A stretch of DNA of 64,000 bases. It comes from Paraphysomonas bandaiensis. Its lineage: Eukaryota; Protista; Chrysophyceae. The notes beneath the pieces were generated by a model. The model did not search any database. It was not told the origin of the DNA and saw only the letters and a program-made list of their open reading frames with translations. The translations under genes and the position numbers were made by a program. Location: positions 248,001 to 312,000 of the forward strand of contig CBFFRP010000263.1 in the NCBI GenBank assembly GCA_965644295.1. The letters run 5' to 3'. Positions 11,903 through 24,563 of the stretch are shown here, piece after piece; positions within the stretch are counted from its first letter, which is position 1, and each line of letters begins with the position of its first letter.

Positions 11903-12189
11903 AGTATAGGAAGTTCAGGTAATCTCAGCTACCAACACAAACACTGTAAATAATATGAATGGTGAGGATGTGAAATAAGAGTCAAACAAATTTCAATCCA
12001 AATAGGGTGCAACTAGTCATTCATATACTATAAATAACACAAACACCGCATACTACAGATGTTATAAAATGAAGACTATTATTATTTGTTTGCAATTTAT
12101 TGATATTAAGATTGGTGTTATATATACATAGACATGCATGTATTGTAACAGTTAGATGAGTGCTGTGTGCGTTTGTAACAGTCCAAAAT

Positions 12190-12243
12190 AGACACTGTAT
12201 ACCCAGACAGACACTGTATACCCAGACACTGTATACCACTGTA
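12190..12243 (+). repeat. Short tandem repeat (GACACTGTATACCCA)n
   Basis: Three to four imperfect copies between divergent genes. Confidence 0.7.
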
Positions 12244-12587
12244 TTCTACATCCACATTGACTAAGTATCTGCTGCTTATACTGTCTATATTTTACGTACG
12301 ATAAGAAGAGATTCTATTGGACGTTGTTTCCCTCTTATTGGCTGAGATACCTACCTACCTACCTACCTACCTATACATAACCTACCTGTTCTGTTATATC
12401 ACACCACGACAACGAGCGAAGTTATGAGTCTGAGCGATACGCATATATGAGGCATAGAAGGGAACAGATCACTTCATATAGAAGTCAAGTAATCACCATC
12501 TTATTCATATAGTATACCATACATACAGCTGCTATATCTGTATATAGATGACATGTGTATAGTAGTATCACTATAACATAGAGAACT

Positions 12588-14039
12588 ATGGGATGTAATT
12601 GTTGTAAAGATGTATATACAAAATATCCACATTTAGAACCCTGGCGTGATGAATTTGAGGCTTTGAGATTAAAGAAGTCTGATGTAGAGAGCTTATATAA
12701 AGTATTTACTCGTATAGATACAGATGGATCAGGAACTATACAAGTAGAAGAATTATTAGACTATCTTGATGTTGATAGAAATAAATTTACTCAACGGGTA
12801 AACTATAAGATCAAATAGATGTATGTATTAATAGTTCAGTTGGATGCATTTTTATTGTAGGTGTTTTCTATATTTGATGAAGATGGAAGTAAATGTGTTG
12901 ACTTTAGAGAATTTGCTGTTGCTTTGTGGAATTATTGTACATTAGGAAACGCAACTCTAAGTGAGTGTCATACTTTATTCTTTTCGATATCTGAGCTGTG
13001 TTGTGTAGTTTTATTCGCATTCGATTTATACGATGGTGATTCTAGTGGAATCATTGATGCCAGCGAAGTGGATGTAATGCTAAAGGAAATCTACGGTGAC
13101 AATTATGCCAAAAACGTTCATGCTCACAGAATCAGTGCCCAAATAGGCGGTTTATCGACTGTAACTGTTACTAAAGAGGTATTTGGTGAGTTTATTCGGA
13201 AGCACCCTGCACTTGTATTTCCTGCGTTCGAGATACAGAGGAAGATTATCAAACTCTGCCGAGGAAAAAGATTTTGGAAGAATGTCGCAAAGCGTCGAGT
13301 CGAACTTTCCAAGGGAAAGTTTTTGTCTGTTGGAGAAATTATAAAGCTATTGCACAATGTGTCAATGCAGAAAAAGCTCGAACAAACAGACGGAGAGATT
13401 GACTTCGAGAAACTTTTCGATGGTAAGGAGAAGAAAAAGGGTGGTAAATATAGAGGCAAACGGAAAAACGATGGTGATGGTGAAATCAATGCGGCAGCTG
13501 CGAAGAAATTAGATGTCATGGTGAATTCTATTGGACCACACTCAAGGCGCCGAGGCTCGGGTAGTAATCCTGGGACAGTTGTTCCCACTGACGGTACTGT
13601 CGCCCAATGGGGCACTGTAAAAAATATGCAAGGAGCAGCACAAGTAGTGACAGCAGCCGGCAAACTGAAACAACAGCGGAGCCGACGAAGTACTTTTCCA
13701 CAGGCTTGGGAAGAGAAAAATATGAATGGTGGGGGAGATAAGGGTCAGAGTTCTGATGCTCCCGCTGGAGGTCCGACGAAGAGCCAGCAGGCTGCCAATA
13801 GAAATAAACTTAAGGGTGCTGCGCATGCAGCAGCGTCATCGGCACATTCTCTTACGAGAACGGGTACTAACAGCAAACTGAAGGGTGCCGCTGAGAAGAG
13901 TGCAGCATCAAGTGGAGATGTGCTGGCAGGGACACGGCAGGCCGGGGGGCGACGGCGCTCTGAAGTCAGCGTCGATCAACACTTCGACAAAATGCGTGCG
14001 GAATCTGGCACCAAAAAGAGAAGAGCAAGCATTGCCTGA
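12588..14039 (+). CDS. Calcineurin-B-like EF-hand calcium sensor with a long basic tail; introns 12798-12860 and 12961-13008
   Basis: EF loops DTDGSGTIQVEE, DEDGSKCVDFRE, DGDSSGIIDASE; N-terminal MGCNCC acylation motif. Confidence 0.85.
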
Positions 14040-14819
14040 ATTCTTATTGACAACGAAGTTAGTTATATGGAAACAGTGGTCCAACACATAAAAATTAATG
14101 TGCTATTGGTGCTGAACTGTTACTATGCTTTTGCTATGTTACGTTAGGTATATTCGTTGTTTTATGGTGTACCTACAATTTTGTGTTACTTTCTGTTGTT
14201 GGTGATATTTAATGATAAATAATTTGTGTTTTTACAAGCCCAGTTTTGATATTATTTGTTAGTAATGTTTTTAGCAACCACTACTCACGGACCTGTTCAC
14301 ACTTTTCGTATCTACTAATTACAATTTTCAGTGCTATTTGACTTTTTACAGGTTGGTTAAATTTTGTTTCTGATTACGAAAGTCATACAGATACTACTAT
14401 TATGGATATATATCTGTGTAATGTATGAAATAGTGATTGCACCATTTTACTTCTTTTCACTAACCATAGTGTAAACTAAATTCTAAGTTTTCGTGTACTT
14501 TTCAACTACGTAATCTTATTACATTTGCATCACAACGAAAAGTTGATTATAAAAACTAACTATACCTGCTACTTAAGCAGCTGTACATTAGCTACTTTTT
14601 ATAAATGATACACGAATAGGGCCTGAGCACAGAAATGTTTGATACTTGAACTCTGATTACATAGTCAAATTCAATCAAAATGTGTAGCACTCGTAAACTT
14701 TGTACCTAGCTCATAAAACCACTGTTCACGAACAAATCCACGGTTGGCATATACTCGATATACATTTACGCAAATGCAAAGCACTCGCTTCAAACTTCTA
14801 TACTCGATATCCCTCGTGT

Positions 14820-16614
14820 CTACTTGGCTTCTTCGTAAGCCACATACAACGTTCGACATTGCATAGCCAAGAAAACCCATTGGCTCAAGATTTTTAACCA
14901 CATCGACATCAAAGGAACAGAGTTTCCTCCATCGCCCTAGAAATCAACATTAGTGCGCTACGAGTGTATTGTGTTGAGTATATACCTCTGGCGTGCCGTC
15001 AGCCTTTCCCCAGCTAGTAAGCATCATCGCTCCGTAGCATGACACCTGCAGATATATCACCACACGATGGTAATACATCAATACCGCATGTTACAAAATT
15101 GTCGACACAAACCACAACAGGCATAGCTATGAATAGCTATCTAGCAATGCAATATCATACCAGCATCATAAGGACATGGAAAAACACTCGCTCATGTTCA
15201 GTTCCACTGCTCTCCTGCTGCATACTACTTCTGTAAGAGATATAAATATGGTAAGACAAGCTGAAGGAACCAAACTGGGAACGTTACCCATTTTCCGAAC
15301 TACCCGGTGACTCCGTATTGATGGGTTGTGATGTAGTAACTCCACTTCCTGTATCATTCTCTGTGGCAGGAGACAGGGCACTTGACAGTTGTCCGGACGA
15401 ATGAAGCTGTTTTATCATCACACCTTCACCCTGTAAGTGGTAGAATTCAGTACACGAGCAATATACACTAAGACACACCACACCTCAGGGTTGAATATGT
15501 TGAGGATTAATGTCCCATTCACAACGCAGTAAAGGAGTACTACTCCAGATACCAACGCTATCACAATTACCGACGTTTGCTGAACGGATGATAGAGAGCG
15601 ATGGTAAGAAACTACATAGACTGAAGATGTAACTCCATACCTTGTTGCCGTCATTCGTATCAGAGGAAGGGTTGCAATCCTCATGCGGGCTGGAGAGTAG
15701 AGAGTACCTGTCCGAAACACAGGCACCGTGAGAATAGCTTCAACACAACTATTTAGCAACATTACCAGCACATAAATACTGAGTAAGCGAACATGATACA
15801 GGGTGTGAGAAGGCCCTTGTTCACCACTTCCAGCACCGACACCACAGTTGTAATGACACCAAATATAAGTGTTATGCTGGAGAAGAAGGCACCCAAGTCA
15901 CAACCAGAATAGTCTGAAAAGAGATAGACGAGACCTACGATAGCGGACACAAGGCAACCCAATGCAAGGAGCAAGTAGAATCCAAGCCAACCCTTTCCAG
16001 CTGATTCCCCCTGACCAGATGCTTCGTCAGCCTTTGCCATTATTAGATCATGACAATCATATGCGAAGTCCAAAAGCAATATGGCCTGAACAAGCAGCCA
16101 AAAGAATGATAGAAACCTAGAAAACTGGGCCCAACCGCTAAAGAAGGAATTTTCGCCCCACCAAAGACCGAAAAACACGAGAAATGCCGCACCAAACTTT
16201 ATTATCCATAGCGACCTATTCGCATATTCCGAACACGAAGAAGCAACCGCCAGAACGGCAAACAATATAAATAACGTAAAGCTGGCCCGATAAACTAGTT
16301 GCCTGTAAATACATTCATCCTTATAATCTTCATTACAGTCATTATCAAGTTGAATTTTCGAATAGCTATCGTAGTTGTTTACCCCCTCAGGAGATGTTTG
16401 TCCAAGTATTACAGCAAAAGTAAACAGGGATATGACAATCAGTAGATGCCCAATTCTACTTGCTTGAGCAAGAGTAGCATTGAATATAGTTTTACAACAT
16501 GCTATATAAGATATATTAGATTGATATATGATGATAGTGTGTTTACTTACCACATGCACAACAACACGCACATTCACATGCGTTAAGAGCTACACAAGAA
16601 ACAAGCCCACCCAT
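14820..16614 (-). CDS. SERINC: Serine incorporator (SERINC/TMS) family membrane protein, multi-exon
   Basis: Cys-rich MGGLVSC..CCCAC start, VYRASF, QAILLLDFAY, GLLTP, terminal MWLKILSQWV. Confidence 0.85.
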
Positions 16615-17272
16615 CTTATATTAATAGATGTAATGTATATATGATTAAAAGAGTGAGAGATAGTGTTGTAGGAACTCAAAAGATAGTCATAGTCAATGAA
16701 ATTCCTTTAATAATGTTGTTGTTTGATGTTACACTGCAACTCTTCCTTATAGCCTATAGGCACACCTGCAGCAGCCATGTAGCCTATAGAACTCATGCAT
16801 TATACAGTACACGACTGCTGCTGTTCCGGCTGCTGCATACTGCTGTGTACACACCACACTCCTATTACTACAACTTCAATAATACATCACTGTATTCTTG
16901 TAGAAAAATCCGTCTTGAACATGAAGTACTGTAAGTTGCTGCACATATAGAGTGCCGTACAGCGCATTCTCGATATATCGCGGAAAGTGTCCTGGAGAGG
17001 AAATCGCGATATATCGCAATATCGCGATATACAATTTAATAGTAAAATACAGCACTGTATTCCGCAAAGTCATAGAGAACAAGTTTAAGGAGCTTAAGAC
17101 TGTGCAATATATCCACAATGTCGTGTCTGTATAGCATAGTACTCCTTGTACTGAATGGCACATGCAAAGAATTTGTGAAATAAGTTACTAATATATCATT
17201 ATTTATGGAATTTATGGTATTCAATTTCTTAACACACTTACTACATTCCTAGCTAACAATAAGATAAAATTA

Positions 17273-17570
17273 TTAAATTTCATGGACTTCAGAACCTTTA
17301 GTACGTGCTGAAAAAAACTGATGCAGAGAAGTTTGTACCTTAGAATGATTCTTGTGCCTTTCTGTATGAATATTATTCTGCACTTTTCTGAGGAGCTCAA
17401 TATGCGCTGTTGAATGCCCCTCCTGGGTAGCATAATCGAGTAGCATTAAAACAGCATTGTCGGCTTGCACAGTAGTAATAGCACTATCATTTCCATTGGT
17501 GTTAATACAATCATCCTCGTCATCGTCATCGCCTTCGTCCTCTAAAGACATTGACTGCTGAAGTGCAGTG
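17273..17570 (-). pseudogene. C-terminal remnant of a pogo transposase (acidic patch plus PIP-box-like QTSLHQFF)
   Basis: EDEGDDDDEDD..A..AV.ML..Y...LRKVQ...KVQTSLHQFF resembles pogo/Tigger C-termini. Confidence 0.65.
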
Positions 17571-18415
17571 ATACTGCTCTTATTTGTTCTTCATTATGTC
17601 TCATTATAATAAAGAATTGATCTTTATAATAGTAAAACAATGTTGTGATTATTAGAGTGTTAGTAATGAACACGATAGAGTGAAAATTATGAATAACAAT
17701 ATAGAACATAGCAATATTCAACCTATGTTGTACAGATGGTATGTACAAACTTAAGCATATACAATAGAGAGCTCATACAGCATAAAATAACCTGATAGCT
17801 GGTTCTTACACGCATTAAGGTTTCCGTAAATTGAATTATTAGTACTTGTCTTATAATGTCACTTGATAATGAAACCCTACTGCTTAACCAATTAAAAGTT
17901 TTCTCATACTCATCCTCTGTATCAAAGTTTGACATTATACGAGAAGTATTAACTTAACAACAGAAGGTAAACTTATACTCAATGCTTCAATTCAGCTTTC
18001 AATTACCTGCACTTCGATGTTCACTCCAAAGTCATACTACGCATTCGTTTGAGGTAAATATCCCCCAGTGCATTTTCCTTAGTGTACTCTTCAGTGCCAA
18101 ACATGTCTCCGCCTTTTTCGGCTTTTGCCCAAGTTTCAATCAGGTGTCCAAGTGTTGATATTTGTGAACTCCATGCATTCTCAGGGAATGACTCCAGAAT
18201 GGTCTCATGAGCCTCCTGTTATTGAGGGTATGTAACGAAGAAATTTCTCAATAACAGGTATTCGAAGTTCTTGCAGCACGCGACATTGAATATCATGAGA
18301 CATATATATATCCTTCTTATGAGCAGACGTCCTTCGATGAGAGAAAAAGACTCTTGCGCATCATTACATTTCATCCTCAGGTAAGGATTCCAAATTTTAC
18401 CCCCCCACTCTCTCT

Positions 18416-18539
18416 CCAGGGTAAGCATTTTGGTAAGCATTTTCAAAAACTTACCCCGAAAATGCTTACCAGGGCAAACAGAAATTGATTTTCGGCGTAT
18501 TTTGGTAAGGAATGCTTACCAAAAAAATGCTTACCCTTG
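18416..18539. repeat. ~124-bp inverted-repeat unit built from GGTAAGCATTT motifs (possible nested MITE)
   Basis: CCAGGGTAAGCATTTT...AAAATGCTTACCCTTG with about five motif copies in both orientations; no TSD. Confidence 0.6.
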
Positions 18540-19323
18540 TAACAGAAAATGGCCTCAGTTTTCCATTAGAATTATGTGTGATGAAGTGTCCTGGACCAAA
18601 ATCCGCGATATAAAAGGGTATCGCGATATACATACCGCGATATATCGAGAATGCGCTGTATACCATACACCAGTAACTACAGCACGTATAGACACCTATA
18701 CAACATCAATAAAAGGGACAAAAGTTCAATATGTGTTTCTTAAGTGGTGGGTGTCGACATAATTGTGTGATTCATACCTAGATATTTTCTATATATTCAA
18801 GGATTAGTTTCAATGACTAGTCATAGTCAGTCACTACCTTTGGCAATTAGAACACGGGTCACTGACACACGTGGTTTGGTTATTATTATATTTCAGCGAA
18901 ATTAGTTAATTATAGCGATGTCCTCTTAATTATATGTAAGTGTCTGAATATAACAACTCTGATGACGTTCATATAGTGTTGATATGGGTATAAAAAATAT
19001 ACTTCAATTATTCGATTCAATGTTAACGGAATTTGGCTGAAACAGAGACCTTTTACCGAGGTATTTTTGATCAAATGTTATTGCCAGCCACCATTTTGTT
19101 AGAAGCCTCAGTGAAAAACAGAACTTCACTTCATTTGAAAGCTAATAACTATTCAGTCAAATTTATATTGTCATATTGTGAGCATTCTAAGATATTGACT
19201 GTATGGTGTTGCATAATAGATAACAGACTATGTACATGTATATATTATTATGATGATGTAATATTTCAACTAAATTAAATACCAAACATTGATTTTATTC
19301 AATAATACAAAGCTATACCCCAT

Positions 19324-20271
19324 CTAAACACTTGAGGATACGACTATCCCTTCAATTGCACATGATTTAGCAACACATAATTCACTACCAGGGGGTTCTG
19401 ATAACGATAGTACTCTCTCCCTACCAGAATTCTCAGTCCTATAGTATGATTCCGCCGTTAGCTTTAGATTCCACACGCGCAATAGTACTGCCTGTATGGA
19501 TAGCCATGCAGCAAAAAAACACCATGTAGATGGAAATTTTTGAGCGGAGTACAGTAGATACGACGCCAGTGCTGACCCCCCCGCGGTCAGAGAGAATATC
19601 CAACTGCCCGGAACTGACCACAGTAGTGCAAAAGGAACAACAGTACACACAAGGTATGGTATGGTGACAAACATGCTGTCGGCATGCCCAAAGAGCGTTA
19701 TGCGATAAACAATATGACCATTTAAAGCAAATACCGTCAGTCCATGCGCCGATATCGACATCAACATGAATATGAACAATATACAGCCAGCACATTGAAA
19801 TAGTAATAGTAATGAGATACGTGGTATCCACAGCGGGTTCAAGTGGGTAGATGTGTATTTCCCACGGAGTTCTAAAACTAAAGCAATAAAAGGAATCCAA
19901 AGTGGCCAAAGACAATATCTACAGCTTTTGAATGAGGACAGAAGGTGGGTACTATCAGCTACTTACGCGAAGAAAGTATAGCAATAGGCAGCCAAGAGGG
20001 GATTCCCATTACCGTTCAAATATATCCATACAAATCCCTCACACAGTTGCTGAACAGAAAATAACAAAGGTGTAACTAAAAACGGCCACCAAAATTGTGC
20101 ATCCGACTTGCACTGCTCATAAAAGACTGTATCAGCATCACTCCGAAAGCCTTGCTGTATCTTCAAAAGCCTCATAAACCTTGCCGGCATCAAGTTTATT
20201 ACAGCTCCAGAAGCCCCAATTATAGCAAGTGTAATAGCTGCTGAGAAGGAAGCCACTGCGGAGAAGCACAT
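19324..20271 (-). CDS. Multi-TM protein with an MCFS.xASF start (DUF6629-like); one intron
   Basis: MCFSAVASF, PLLFSVQQLCEGFVW, C-terminal STWCFFAA; about 7 TM helices. Confidence 0.7.
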
Positions 20272-20682
20272 ACTGTGAGATATCTTATGTGTTTAGTACT
20301 TATAAGTCACGTGAGTTAATCATGATACAAAGCAATTTCTTTGGCTACATTCGCAGGACACACTGTTCACATGATCTCACAACAGTCACTTATTTAGGAA
20401 CGCATCTGTCGGATTCTACTGGCTGGAATATATATGCTATATACGAAGTACATCAGTACATACACACATAGCAGTACATACAGAGTAGCTAGTTGAGTAC
20501 TACACTCTGTACTTGTCTACTGTTGTATGAATGTATTAGTATGTATGTTTGTACAGTACATAGGTACAGTTGGGCAGTGTGTATGATGCAGTCGAGAGAA
20601 GGACTCGAGAGTCTATGCACAGAGCTGTCAATAGCAGAAGAGGTTGTACCAAAACTTCGTACTAATGTTCAAGACTTAAACT

Positions 20683-22290
20683 ATGAATATGGCAGCATAC
20701 ATTCGATTCATTGCTTTCTGCTGTATTGCTCAATGTATAGCCAATTCAATGGCCACAGACAGTGTAAGCGACAAGCTTGCACTGAGAGTAAGATCACACC
20801 CTAGTAATGGTCCAGGTATAATGTTTTGGAGACCACAGAAGGTATATATATATTATGATTATTATGAGTAATATCTCATAGGTGGGGTCGTCTACTTTCT
20901 TGAGTTTACTAGTATCATACTCGTTTAGATACAACTTGCATCCGAAACCTTTAGGTATGTAATATATTTTCCATTTACAGACTATTAACGTGTAGATATG
21001 ACACAGAACCCCCGAATTCCTTGTGTGTCCGAATTGCCAGGTGTTGTGTCGACCGAGATTTATGTGGTAGTCGTAAGAATGCTACAGAAATAAAGACAAT
21101 TGAGCGGGCTGCAGTCAAATGGTCCTCCACGAGGAGGCGAAAGTTCAACCATAGCCGATCTCTAAATGAGTCTTTTCATGTATCATTCGGTCATGAATTA
21201 TGTGGCTTAGATAGGGTAGTGTCGAGTGACAATCTGAAGTGCGCATTTAGGTCCCGCCACTCTCCCCGCGAAGTCATTATGCTGCGGCACCCACTTTCTC
21301 GAGCTCTATCTGTGTACTATTTCTGGGGAGAACTATGGAAGATGCGCCAGAGTGGGGCCAGGAAGATAGCAACGGGTGAGAATATGAAGAGCATGACTAA
21401 ACGACTAGGAGCCGGAGGTAGTTCGGGACAACCCGTAACTGGACACCTGTTTTTATATCATGGAGATGAAGGAACCCCGCCTCCAGAGGATGTGGCAGTT
21501 CGGTACGCCCGAATGCTTCCTTATCGAGTTGGTATGCCAGGACCCAGCTATTCATGGAGTGCCTTTGCTGCGTCACCTGATGAGGCTGCACAGGCTGTGC
21601 TCCTCGGGCGTGTGGCCCCAGTGATAACAGAGCGCATGGACGAATCTCTTGTGGCCCTCACGAAGCACCTTGGCTGGACTCTAGCAGATATGGTGGTAGT
21701 TGTACCGAGAAAGGCATTATCAACCCACCCTAAACATACCGCGTGGCCACAAGGGGCAGTAAAACTTCTCAATGACACTCTTATTCAACGCGGGGAAATT
21801 GAGTTTTATAACGCTGCATCTCGAGCACTTGACATGAGACTAGAGAAGCTTCGGAAGGAAGGGGTAGATGTAGATGGCAATCTGAGATTGCTCAAGGATA
21901 TGAGAAAAACAGTTACAGAGGTATGTAAATTACAGTGTGAATATTTAACAGCTAATGTTAGCGCAGTACTGCCTCTCTGAGAGAGCATTAGACATATATA
22001 GGCGGCATCTTTCTAAGTCACTTTCTCAACACCCGAAGGGAAACAAATTAAGAGATGTTCCTGATGAGTATGTGTCTGGTGGGCACTGCTTCAACATTGA
22101 ACCCTCTGTGCGAGAGCTAATATATTCATTTGATGTCTGTGGTGGTTGCGAGGCTCACGCTATCCAACATGCCATTTACACAGGACAGGCGAAAACAGTT
22201 GCGGAAACCACTAGGCTGGAACATGTGAGAGGTGAAAGCCTTGTTGATAATGACAATTTTAGGAACTGCCCATTGGTGTTGCAGAGTTAG
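20683..22290 (+). CDS. Golgi-type sulfotransferase (Gal-3-O-sulfotransferase-like), multi-exon
   Basis: 5'PSB RPQK|VGSST, 3'PB MLRHPLSRALSVYYF, ITERMDESLV; signal anchor. Confidence 0.75.
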
Positions 22291-22527
22291 TGTATTATAA
22301 TAAGGCAAATAAATTGTGAAATTTTATCGCTGTTTTACGCGATTTTTTGCTTGCTGCCATTCTTTTATGCGCGGTTGATAATCTATTTATTATCACAGAT
22401 CACTCTTTCATTTGGTACAATTTGCGTTTCTTTAATTAAAATATTTTAAATATGATAATGTCACCAACATACAAGCAAGAATGTACACTTTGGAGGGGTA
22501 ACATAGCGGAATTTTCAAGTCTACGAA

Positions 22528-23055
22528 TTACTTTCTTCTCCTTCTCCTGTATAGGTACGATAGCACATCATACGATACTACTGCCACAATCAGAGCTAAT
22601 AGGCCGGCATCAAATAGAGCATTAACATTTAGACTGTCGTCTTCTGACGTCTCACAGACAACTTTACTTTCACGTGATGTTGGCATTGTTGTCCATGATA
22701 TCCACCTCTGCCACCAGCCAGGACTGTTAGTAGCGACAATGCTCTGCTTTTCAAGAACTTTGAATGTACGAGAGCCAGTTTTCATAATAACTGGTGTTTT
22801 GACAACTTCTCCATATGCGGTACAGCGAGAACCATAAACTTCATTATCTCTTATGTAAAGTTCTAAGTATACATTGCTGGTCCAAGCAACACCCGTGATA
22901 TGAGTTTTATCAAGCTTAACAATTCTATGTTGATTCATTAGATCTTGTTTTACATCTTGTACTTCATATGTGGATCCAAAGAAATGCTTCAATTGTGATT
23001 TGGTTGCTGGGATTTCATACTGACAACGATCTCTTTCTCTAAAAAAGGAAAGCAT
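22528..23055 (-). CDS. Hypothetical tail-anchored membrane protein
   Basis: 175-aa ORF with ATG start, C-terminal TM helix followed by RRRRRK. Confidence 0.55.
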   Translation of the reverse strand: MLSFFRERDRCQYEIPATKSQLKHFFGSTYEVQDVKQDLMNQHRIVKLDKTHITGVAWTSNVYLELYIRDNEVYGSRCTAYGEVVKTPVIMKTGSRTFKVLEKQSIVATNSPGWWQRWISWTTMPTSRESKVVCETSEDDSLNVNALFDAGLLALIVAVVSYDVLSYLYRRRRRK

Positions 23056-24563
23056 CAGATATGTTTATTGTATAATCAATGTTAGTATTGTTTGAATGGA
23101 TGATATATGGGGATGATTCCTATCAGTTTGACAGTGTTGCTTTAAGTAGACAGTCAGCATAGTGTGATCTTGGAAGAGACAAGGACATTTCTATGAATTA
23201 TATTGGTGTCCATTCTGTATTGTTAGTGTATTTTCTATATATCCCAATATCCGGATATTCAGCCCTGTTTATACTGATATCTGTACAGTACAGTATATCA
23301 TGGACCAAATTTCTAGGTTTTCAGGCTCCTTGTAACTGGAAAGTTCAGCTTGCTGGACAGTTCATACATGCATGATTGTTTCATCATATCTTTAGATGTC
23401 CGGATATCTATGAATGTTATATTGGATTAAGTGTTCGTATTATTCATCTTCATCTTATTTGTGTTCATGGTATACATCTGTAGCGTTGAGTTAATGGGAG
23501 TTAATCTGATGGGGAGCCGAGACGAATCTTTCGTATGGTAAGCTCTACAGTGTTATGCAATGAGCGTGTATGGTATGTGGATTATCTATCGAATCTTTCA
23601 GTTAAATTACATCTGATTAGAAACATATTTTGGGATACAGCCGATTTCTTGGCATTGTTACATTGTTATTGTCAAAGCAGCGATATACAGTTTGTCGGAG
23701 GTACTCTGGAATTTTGTTTTAATCATATTGCTTTCTTCCATCTAAGTGTCAGACGTGGCGTTTAAGCGTTTATATTTTCTAATTTAGTACATTTGCCTGT
23801 CACCTATTGAAGTAATTTTACTTGTTCTCTACAATACACTTCGCTTTATCATGATAAATATTACACTTTTCATCATACAAAAAAGGCTTGTTATTGAATA
23901 AGTCCGTACAGGGTTCAGTGAGTGTAGATTGTAAATACCGTTGCTTTAAGCATTCAATATTTCAGGTGGTATTTAACAAGTGTGAAGCAGCAGTAGCAGC
24001 AATGAGCCCAACATATAGTTCGGTAAGTTTTATTTTAAAAATTTAATTCTTCATTGTGGTGTATGATTACCCAGCCGTTCACTACATAGTCGCCTTTATG
24101 TTTGTGATGACACAGACCAATACTACTTCGAAGACGTATTAGTACTTCACAATCCATTATACCTAAATATACCTTTATCGAGGGAAGCAAGGAAACCTAT
24201 GGAAAAAATATAGGGAAGGTTTCTAAATTAATTATCACAGATACTTGGATAATTATGCAATGAAAGGCTTAAAAAATAGTTTCGACAATCGATTTCGTAA
24301 GGCCATTGTCGAATTCAATCCCAACACCTTACAAGGATGTAATGTAATATATTTAATCTATATGTAATCTATACGTGAACGTGTAATGGTGTATACTGAA
24401 AGAAAAGGTCACAGGTGACTGACCAATTAGTGGAGTCTACCCAGCTTTCAAAAATGCAAAAAATAAATGGAAAGTACAGCATCCATGCACAACACAAGGA
24501 CACCTCTATACTTGAATACGTAGAAAACAAACACATAATTCCGCCCAAGTGCACCAGCAAATA

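Larger units (their letters stand above)
16960..18658 (-). mobile_element. pogo/Tigger-type (Tc1/mariner) non-autonomous DNA transposon
   Basis: 24-bp TIR CAGCGCATTCTCGATATATCGCGG at both ends, TA TSD, subterminal ATCGCGATAT palindromes, transposase C-terminal remnant. Confidence 0.9.

Noticed and set aside
24002-24350. Exon-like fragments with a GT-AG intron
   Set aside because: Stops interrupt the frames and no family is recognisable; at most a pseudogene scrap
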